A DNA stretch of 64,000 nucleotides from Verrucomicrobiales bacterium. GTDB lineage: Bacteria; Verrucomicrobiota; Verrucomicrobiia; Verrucomicrobiales; V1-33. Positions 57,820 through 64,000 of this stretch are shown here, piece after piece. How positions within the stretch are numbered: position 1 is the first letter of the stretch; each line of letters starts with the position of its first letter. The position numbers and the translations under genes are program-made. The stretch is from NCBI GenBank assembly GCA_031411295.1, contig JANOAV010000122.1:14255-78254 (forward strand). The letters run 5' to 3'. The notes under the pieces are model-generated. The model saw only the letters and a list, made by a program, of their open reading frames with translations. It was not told where the DNA came from and did no database searches.

Positions 57820-58989
57820 TTGTCAGTCAACTTCACCAGTTACATCTCCGCCGCCGAGGCCGCCTGCGCCCTTGGGAGCACGCTTGCGGACTGCGCTGAC
57901 GCAGTGCGATGGGGGAAATGTGGGCTGCGCCCGTTAGGTGAGTTGGTGTCGGCTCCTGGTTTGGAAACGCTGCCCTGTGGTTGGATTCAGGATCGGGAGC
58001 TGCTCAAAGGCCGGCGTTATGGTGTGGCGACCAATGTGGCGCTGCACGTGGCGCGCGGTGCCTTGGCGCAGACGGATTGGACGCCTGATGAGATTGCCGA
58101 TGCGTGGATCTTTGCGGGCACGAGTCGGGGGAATGCGATGGAAGTTTACGGCCACACCGCCTGGCGCAGGCCGGTTGGGCGGTTTGCGGCCAGCAACACC
58201 TTGCCGAGTGAAATTCCCGCCGCCATCAGCATCGAGCTGGGAGTGAAGGGTCCGTGGCAATTGCTTTCCAATGCCTGCGCGGCGGGGTTGGATGCCTTGG
58301 GGATGGCGCATCTGGCGCTGGCATCGGGGGCCTGTGAGCGGGCATTAGTGGTGGCAGTGGAGCTACCGTTAGTGCCGGAATTATTGCGCACGTTTCAGCA
58401 AAGCGGCTTGCTCTCGAAGAATCATCTGAACGATCCCTATCATCCCGATACCGCTGGACTATTGCCTGCGGAAGCCGCCGCCGCTGTGACCCTGGAAGCG
58501 AAACCCCGCGGCCCGGCTTTGGCAAAACTTTGTGGCTACTGGGCCTCTAGTGATGCTTATCACCCACTAGCAGTGCCGGCCGATGGGCGTGGTCTGCGGG
58601 CGTGCTTGGATCTGATGCGGCGGGAATTTCCTGACCTCTCCTTGGGCGGCATCTGCCCTCATGCCACTGGCACCGCAGAGCAGGGTCGTGCGGAGCAGGC
58701 GGTGCTGAGGGAGTGGCTAGGGGCGGACTATGGCGCGGTTCCCCTGGCTTTACTGAAGCCGCTTACAGGGCATTCCCTGGGTGCCAGTGGGCTATTGGAA
58801 GTAGCGCTCATGGGCGCATTTCTGAAGGAAGGACAATTTCCGCCGAGTCTTGCTGGACTCACAGGTGCTGGCGTGGCCACCATTTCATCGCAGATCCGTC
58901 CCGACCAAGTTGCGTTAAAAATGGCCAGCGGCATGGGCGGGCATAATGCGTTGATAGCGCTGCAACCGGCCCCGTGGAGGGCGAGGTAA
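57820..58989 (+). CDS. beta-ketoacyl-ACP synthase family protein (Cys-His-His type)
   Basis: Active-site context SNACAAGLDA, HATGTAEQGRAE and GHSLGASG. TTG start in the track. The last 6 codons lie in an inverted-repeat arm. Confidence 0.75.
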   Translation: MSVNFTSYISAAEAACALGSTLADCADAVRWGKCGLRPLGELVSAPGLETLPCGWIQDRELLKGRRYGVATNVALHVARGALAQTDWTPDEIADAWIFAGTSRGNAMEVYGHTAWRRPVGRFAASNTLPSEIPAAISIELGVKGPWQLLSNACAAGLDALGMAHLALASGACERALVVAVELPLVPELLRTFQQSGLLSKNHLNDPYHPDTAGLLPAEAAAAVTLEAKPRGPALAKLCGYWASSDAYHPLAVPADGRGLRACLDLMRREFPDLSLGGICPHATGTAEQGRAEQAVLREWLGADYGAVPLALLKPLTGHSLGASGLLEVALMGAFLKEGQFPPSLAGLTGAGVATISSQIRPDQVALKMASGMGGHNALIALQPAPWRAR

Positions 58990-59086
58990 CGAGACCAGTA
59001 ACAGGCAACGGTTTTACAGTCGGTTAGTCTCCTGCCTCCTTTCGCTCAGCGTGGCGCTGGTCTCGTTACCTCGCCCTCCACGGGGC
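58969..59086. repeat. perfect 30-bp inverted repeat with a 58-nt spacer, spanning the 3' ends of two convergent genes
   Basis: 58969-58998 (GCCCCGTGGAGGGCGAGGTAACGAGACCAG) is the exact reverse complement of 59057-59086. Confidence 0.95.
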
Positions 59087-59708
59087 TCCGGAGTTGAGCC
59101 AGTGGCACGCTGTCGTCCACGTAGAGCCAGTGCTCCATGGCGGCAGCGATGGCTGGCCATTCGTGGTCCAACATGGCGAACCATGTGGTATCCCGGTTCT
59201 GACCTTTGCTTAGCATGTGCTGCCGAAAGAGCCCCTCGTATTGGAAGCCTAATCGTAAAGCAGCCGCTCGGCTCCGGGCATTGGCAGCATCACATTTCCA
59301 TTCCACCCGACGATACCCCAACTGGAATAAATATTTCAAGAGCAGGTAAACAGTCTCCGTATTGGCTTTGGTGCGTTGCGCAGCGGGCGCATACCAGATG
59401 TAACCCAGTTCAGCGACCCCATGGTCCGGTGTGATTCGAAGGATGGAGATGCTGCCGATCGGTTGGTGATCCACTGCATTCCTAACAGTAAAGGCAATGG
59501 AATCCGCCGCCGTCATGCGCGTTTCCAGCCATGCCTGCATGTCGAGCGCGTTGGCAAATGGCCCTACGGAAACATGACGCCACATGGATTCGACCGTGGC
59601 GGGCTCGTGGGAGCCTAACCATAGTTGGGCAGCGTCCGCGTGAGCGTCCAGTGGGGTTAGGGAAACGTGACGTCCCTCATGAGTCTGAGCTTGGGGGAGC
59701 GGGAACAT
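59046..59708 (-). CDS. GNAT-family N-acetyltransferase (RimJ/RimL-like)
   Basis: Start set at the in-frame ATG 59708, directly after the SDR stop. GNAT core VAELGYIWYAPAAQRTKANTETVYLLLKYLFQLGYRRVEWKCDAANARSRAAALRLGFQYEG. Confidence 0.75.
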   Translation of the reverse strand: MFPLPQAQTHEGRHVSLTPLDAHADAAQLWLGSHEPATVESMWRHVSVGPFANALDMQAWLETRMTAADSIAFTVRNAVDHQPIGSISILRITPDHGVAELGYIWYAPAAQRTKANTETVYLLLKYLFQLGYRRVEWKCDAANARSRAAALRLGFQYEGLFRQHMLSKGQNRDTTWFAMLDHEWPAIAAAMEHWLYVDDSVPLAQLRSPVEGEVTRPAPR

Positions 59709-59709
59709 T

Positions 59710-60477
59710 TCACCAAGGGGATGCTCCGCCGTTGACGCACAGCGTTTGGCCGGAAACAAAGGAGGCTTCTTGACTGGCGAAGAACACCGCGGCAGCGGCC
59801 ACGTCATCAGGAATACCCCAGCGCCCCATGGGGATCGTTTTGAAATAGTTGTCTTTGTCCTCCTGAGGATCGTTGTCGTGGCGCTCGGTGGGGATCCAGC
59901 CAGGGGCGATGATATTTACCGTGATGCCGAAGGGAGCCAGTTCCTTGGCCAGCGAGCGCGTCTGCCCCAGTTGACCACCTTTGGCGCTAACATAGGGTGC
60001 AAAGTTCGGCACGGAGCGTTGGAAGACCTCGCTGCCAATGTTGATGATGCGCCCCCATTGCTTGGCCTTCATCCCTGGCACGATGGCCTGGGATAACAGA
60101 AACGGACTCTTCACGAAGAAATCCAACATCTGCTGGAAGAACGCCCAGTCATACTGCTCGAGCGGCTTCAGCGGCTGAGCGGGCGTGGCATTTGGCACCA
60201 GAATATCGATCGGGCCCAGCTGGGCACTCACCTCCGTCACCATGCGGGAAATTTCACCCGCATCGCTCGCATCCGCCCGCACGATCATCCCCTGCCCACC
60301 GGCGGCCTGAAACTCAGCAAACGTCTTCTGGGCCGCCGCTTCGTTGTTCAGATAATTGAATGCCACCTTGGCCCCGCGCTTGCCCAGCGCAAAAGCAATT
60401 GCCTTGCCGAGACCACGGGAGCTTCCAGTAACCAAGGCCACATGGCCTTCCAGCGAGAATGAGAAATCGTAATTCAT
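59710..60477 (-). CDS. SDR-family oxidoreductase (FabG-like)
   Basis: [13 protein letters not shown] cofactor motif, catalytic [15 protein letters not shown]. Confidence 0.88.
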   Translation of the reverse strand: MNYDFSFSLEGHVALVTGSSRGLGKAIAFALGKRGAKVAFNYLNNEAAAQKTFAEFQAAGGQGMIVRADASDAGEISRMVTEVSAQLGPIDILVPNATPAQPLKPLEQYDWAFFQQMLDFFVKSPFLLSQAIVPGMKAKQWGRIINIGSEVFQRSVPNFAPYVSAKGGQLGQTRSLAKELAPFGITVNIIAPGWIPTERHDNDPQEDKDNYFKTIPMGRWGIPDDVAAAAVFFASQEASFVSGQTLCVNGGASPW

Positions 60478-60543
60478 AAGTTGCCCACAGAGCCGGAGAT
60501 TGGCTCGATTGTCAAGATGCGGGCACTCCGCGTGTGAGAGTCA

Positions 60544-61521
60544 TTAGTTCGCTGCGCCCGCTGGCGCAACTGGCTTGGCCTCTACTTTCTTTTGCTTCGG
60601 TGGCGGTGGGACCACGTAGGCGGGATTGGTGTAGGCTTCTGGAGCGGCAGTTTTGATGTTGGGGGTGAGGTCACCCTTGGCATCGCCCAGGGCAAATTTC
60701 ACACCGCCGATGAGGATTTTCTGGAAGATGGGGTTGGTCCACACATCTTCGCGATGCCCCATGGCGGTATACCACACACGGCCAGTGCCTTCTGCTCGGG
60801 CCCACGTGCTGGGGTAAGGTGGACGTTTGTAGTCATCCCCCTTCATGGCAGGCGCATCAATCACGCTGAGCACGTGAATGTCAGGCGCGAAGTCCTTCAG
60901 CGAATACCATTCTTCCATGAAACCAAAGTCGGCTCCCACCGTTTCGAAGCCGGGAAATTTGGGATCAATCACGGTATTTTTGGCTTCCTGTTGCGCATCG
61001 TGTTTGATGAATTCGCCACCGAGGAATTTCACATAGGGATCGGCCTTCTCGCCATGGTTCTTGTAGCGTTCCGGGCCTTTCTTATCCTCGTTGTCGGTGT
61101 GGAAAGTATCGCTGGCGGAATGCGTGCCGACGAAGCCCTTGCCAGCCTTCACATAGTCGAACAAGGCTTGCTTACCCTCTGGGCTCATGGCTGGTTGCTT
61201 GTCCGTGCCGGGGGTGGTTAGATCTCCCGTAGTGTAGAAGAACACCGCATCGAATTGCTTGAGGTAGTCCTTACTGAAGAGCGAGCCGTCCTTGGAGAAC
61301 GTGAACTCCCAGCCTTCCTTGTCACCCAACTCCTTGAGGACCGTTTCTGCATGGCTGGGCTGCCCCTTTTTCCAAGAAATGACGGAATGCTCGAAGCCGC
61401 TGGATTTCGTGAAGAAAAGGATTTTCCGCTTGGCGGAAGCGTTGGCGGCAGGTGCGAAATTCAACGCCAAGACCAAACTGGCCAAGGCTCCAAGGGCGAG
61501 AGTGAAGGTAAATTTTTTCAT
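60544..61521 (-). CDS. ThuA-domain protein, secreted
   Basis: Signal peptide from ATG 61521. KILFFTKSSGFEHS, WYTAMGHREDVW. Confidence 0.78.
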   Translation of the reverse strand: MKKFTFTLALGALASLVLALNFAPAANASAKRKILFFTKSSGFEHSVISWKKGQPSHAETVLKELGDKEGWEFTFSKDGSLFSKDYLKQFDAVFFYTTGDLTTPGTDKQPAMSPEGKQALFDYVKAGKGFVGTHSASDTFHTDNEDKKGPERYKNHGEKADPYVKFLGGEFIKHDAQQEAKNTVIDPKFPGFETVGADFGFMEEWYSLKDFAPDIHVLSVIDAPAMKGDDYKRPPYPSTWARAEGTGRVWYTAMGHREDVWTNPIFQKILIGGVKFALGDAKGDLTPNIKTAAPEAYTNPAYVVPPPPKQKKVEAKPVAPAGAAN

Positions 61522-61590
61522 GATGTCATTGCGCATACAAGGTTCGACGTGGTAACGCCATAGAAATTTCACCCATCTTCAATTAAAGCC

Positions 61591-61968
61591 ATGTCATCAA
61601 CCAAGCCAGAAATCGTGGTCGTGCTGGGTGCCAGCAATCAACCAGAACGCTACTCATATTTAGCCGTGAAGCTGCTTCAGGAGCACGGCCATACCGTGGT
61701 TCCGGTGCATCCGGCCTTGGCGGAAATTCTCGGACTGCCCGTGGTGCCAGAGCTTGGCAAAATCACAGAACCGGTGGACACCCTGACGCTTTATCTGGGC
61801 CCCGAACGGCTGGAGAAACTGATCCCAGACATCGTGCAGCTGAACCCCAAGCGGGTGATCTTCAATCCCGGCACGGAATCTGCCAGCGTGCAAAGCGCCT
61901 TGGACGCAGCGGGCATTCCCTGGCTGGAAGCCTGCACGCTGGTGCTGCTGCGCACCGGACAGTTTTAG
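61591..61968 (+). CDS. CoA-binding domain protein (YccU/YneT-like)
   Basis: VVVLGASNQPERYSYLAVKLLQEHGHTVVPVHP ... VIFNPGTES. Confidence 0.8.
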   Translation: MSSTKPEIVVVLGASNQPERYSYLAVKLLQEHGHTVVPVHPALAEILGLPVVPELGKITEPVDTLTLYLGPERLEKLIPDIVQLNPKRVIFNPGTESASVQSALDAAGIPWLEACTLVLLRTGQF

Positions 61969-62039
61969 GTTTAAGGTTAAGGTTAACGGAGGGCTACAGA
62001 ACTACTTGGCGGCAGCCGATTTCGGTTTAAGATGCGGGC

Positions 62040-63266
62040 ATGAAATTAACCCGCCTTCCCATTCTGTTCTGCCTGTTTGCACTTTGGACATCCGCCCAGG
62101 CCGACGATTGGGCGCAGTGGCGCGGCCCCAAGCGCGACGGGCAAGCGCCCGCAGCACCCGTTTGGCCCACAGGACTTGGGGGCTTGCAGCAGAAGTGGCG
62201 CGTGGAGTTGGACGCGAGTTACTCAGGTCCGTTAGTGGTCGGAGACACCGTCATTACCACTGCCAGCAAGGACAAGACCTTTGAGTTAGCCATCGCGTTG
62301 GATCGAGCCACCGGGAAGGAGAAATGGCGGGTGCAGTGGGAGGGACATCAAGGCGTGCCCTTCTACGCGGCTTCCAATGGCGATTGGATTCGATCCACTC
62401 CAGCCTGTGATGGAACCACCGTTTACATCGCAGGCATGCGCGATGTGCTCGTCGCCTTGAATTTGGAGACCGGGAAAGAAAAATGGCGGGTCGATTTTGT
62501 CAAAGATTTGGCTGCCAAGCCGCCGGCCTTCGGATTCGTTTGCAGTCCCTTACTGGATGGCGATTTCGTTTACGTGCAGGCAGGCGGGGCTTTCTGTAAA
62601 CTGGCCAAGAGCACCGGGAAGCTGATCTGGAAGAGTTTGGAAGACGGTGGGGGAACCAATGGCAGCGCGTTCGCCTCCCCCATCATCGCAGAACTTGGCG
62701 GCACCCGGCAACTGGTGGTGCAAACCCGCAAGAACCTCTGTGGCGTAAATATTGACACCGGAGCGGAACTCTGGTCGCAGCCGATCCCAGCATTTCAAGG
62801 GATGAACATCCTAACTCCCGTAGTGAAATCCAATCGCCTCTTCACCAGCGCCTATGGCGGGAAAACGCAGGCGTTTGCCTTCGATAAAAAGGATGGGGCA
62901 CATCCCCTAAGTTTGCAGTGGGAGCACAAAGCAGAAGCCTACATGTCCACCCCGGTGGTGATCGCAGGCAAGGTGTTCCTGCATCTTCGCAACCAGCGGA
63001 TCACGTGCTTCGATCTGGCCACCGGTCAACAGCATTGGGTCACGGATGAGAAGTTCGGGAAATACATGAGCATGGTGGCGCAGGGAGATCGCATTCTGGC
63101 GCTGGATGAACGCGGTCTGCTCCTCCTCATCAAAGCCAATCCAGAGAAATTTGAACTGATCGAGCAAAAGAAAGTCAGCGACCAAGACGCGTGGGCGCAC
63201 TTGGCGATCAGCGGGAAAGCCCTTTATATCAGGGAACTCAAGGCGCTGAGTTGCTGGACCTGGTGA
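62040..63266 (+). CDS. PQQ-like beta-propeller repeat protein, secreted (paralogue of 17075-18376)
   Basis: Signal peptide, DDWAQWRGPKRDGQA, repeated TGKEKWR blades. Confidence 0.8.
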   Translation: MKLTRLPILFCLFALWTSAQADDWAQWRGPKRDGQAPAAPVWPTGLGGLQQKWRVELDASYSGPLVVGDTVITTASKDKTFELAIALDRATGKEKWRVQWEGHQGVPFYAASNGDWIRSTPACDGTTVYIAGMRDVLVALNLETGKEKWRVDFVKDLAAKPPAFGFVCSPLLDGDFVYVQAGGAFCKLAKSTGKLIWKSLEDGGGTNGSAFASPIIAELGGTRQLVVQTRKNLCGVNIDTGAELWSQPIPAFQGMNILTPVVKSNRLFTSAYGGKTQAFAFDKKDGAHPLSLQWEHKAEAYMSTPVVIAGKVFLHLRNQRITCFDLATGQQHWVTDEKFGKYMSMVAQGDRILALDERGLLLLIKANPEKFELIEQKKVSDQDAWAHLAISGKALYIRELKALSCWTW

Positions 63267-63274
63267 GCTGCCAG

Positions 63275-63952
63275 CTACTTCATCACCCGTCCTGGACGCT
63301 GCGTGATATGAACCATGGCCGCCGCGCCCAAGATTGGCATGAACAGATTCAATATCGGCACGACGCCCAACAGGGTAATGGCCAGTCCCGTCCAGAAGAC
63401 GGACCCCCAACGCGCGTTGCGGGCGGCATCCACCTCCCCGCCAGACAACCGCCGCAGTGCCACCACCTCGAAATACTCCCGTCCCGCCAGGAAGCCGTTG
63501 AGCACCGCATAGACCGCGGCACCACTCCCCATGAAAAACATCATCCCCAGATAGATGGGTGCAGCGCCCAGATTCAAGGAGAGCATCACGAGAAAGAACT
63601 TCAGGGCTCGCCAGATGGCAGTCCAGAACGGAGCCCCATCGGCAGGGGGTAAATGAGGATAATATTTCGCGTCCACGCAATCCGCCACCGCCTCCTGGAA
63701 GAAGCTCTGCACCAGCACGAACATCGTCGGGAAAACAAAACAGGTGGCCACGAAGCTGACCACGACGCCCCCCCAACTCAGCCACGTTTGGAGACGCGGC
63801 CAATGCGTGGCCCCCCAATGCAGGAGCCCACTCATCGCAGCCCACAAGGCCACGAAGCACACGAGGGAAACAAGCATACTCCACCCCAAAAGTTTCCACA
63901 TCTTGGGATCGGTCAGGAGCTGGATAGCGGCTTTGCGGAAAGCATTTAACAT
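63275..63952 (-). CDS. EI24/CysZ-like membrane protein
   Basis: 225 aa with about 4-5 TM segments. The overall pattern (FFQEAVADCVDAKYYP, GREYFEVVALRR) resembles the EI24/CysZ family. Confidence 0.55.
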   Translation of the reverse strand: MLNAFRKAAIQLLTDPKMWKLLGWSMLVSLVCFVALWAAMSGLLHWGATHWPRLQTWLSWGGVVVSFVATCFVFPTMFVLVQSFFQEAVADCVDAKYYPHLPPADGAPFWTAIWRALKFFLVMLSLNLGAAPIYLGMMFFMGSGAAVYAVLNGFLAGREYFEVVALRRLSGGEVDAARNARWGSVFWTGLAITLLGVVPILNLFMPILGAAAMVHITQRPGRVMK

Positions 63953-64000
63953 TAGCCAAATGGATCGAGCTTTCCCGCTCGCGCAAGCGGGTTGGTGGGG

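Noticed and set aside
61966-61986. Short tandem AGGTTA-like repeat (taggtttaaggttaaggttaacgg)
   Set aside because: Only about three imperfect 6-nt copies in an intergenic spacer, too short to assign any function.
62907-63986. 359-aa minus-strand ORF
   Set aside because: It overlaps both the PQQ-like gene (62040-63266, +) and the better EI24/CysZ-like frame (63275-63952, -). Its translation is Arg/Gly-rich without motifs.
1-64000. Searched for CRISPR arrays, rRNA genes, transposases/IS ends and integrases
   Set aside because: No regularly spaced direct repeats, no rRNA-like sequence, and no DDE or tyrosine recombinase motif in any of the listed ORFs.

Overview
This is a 64-kb chromosomal segment, roughly 57-60% GC by eye outside one island. 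The gene content points to the PVC superphylum, most plausibly Verrucomicrobiota: a PEP-CTERM protein, a dehydrogenase/HEAT/cytochrome c fusion, DUF1080, ThuA, PQQ-like beta-propellers and a prepilin-type N-terminus. I call about 40 protein-coding genes, one frameshifted regulator, one tRNA-Glu(UUC), two hairpin terminators and several repeats. No rRNA, CRISPR array, transposase or integrase was seen. Most of the window is ordinary: an amino-acid ABC transporter, ECF sigma factor, mgtE, aldehyde dehydrogenase, cstA, ppdK and periplasmic sugar-oxidation modules with c-type cytochromes. Three things stand out. (1) A lower-GC insertion of about 6 kb (33458-39416) starts directly after the ppdK terminator. 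It carries a tight co-directional cluster: a GNAT-like ORF broken at a G7 run, a small ORF, a 1458-aa NACHT/STAND NTPase with a long helical-repeat region and a C-terminal PD-(D/E)xK-like motif, and a four-helix-bundle (23S rRNA IVS family) gene. This is my best candidate for an undescribed defence-type system. (2) A single uninterrupted 14.6-kb ORF (39428-54058, 4876 aa) has a prepilin-type cleavage/methylation N-terminus and about 16 tandem 240-290 aa modules. It lies directly downstream of an orphan pelF-pelG pair. (3) Several small lesions and structures are visible: a 7-bp triplication that frameshifts a XylR/AraC-type regulator, an in-frame TAA just after a signal peptide, a 284-bp nested inverted repeat, and a perfect 30-bp inverted repeat that supplies the 3' ends of two convergent genes. 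All functional calls rest on motifs read from the translations. No database search was possible.
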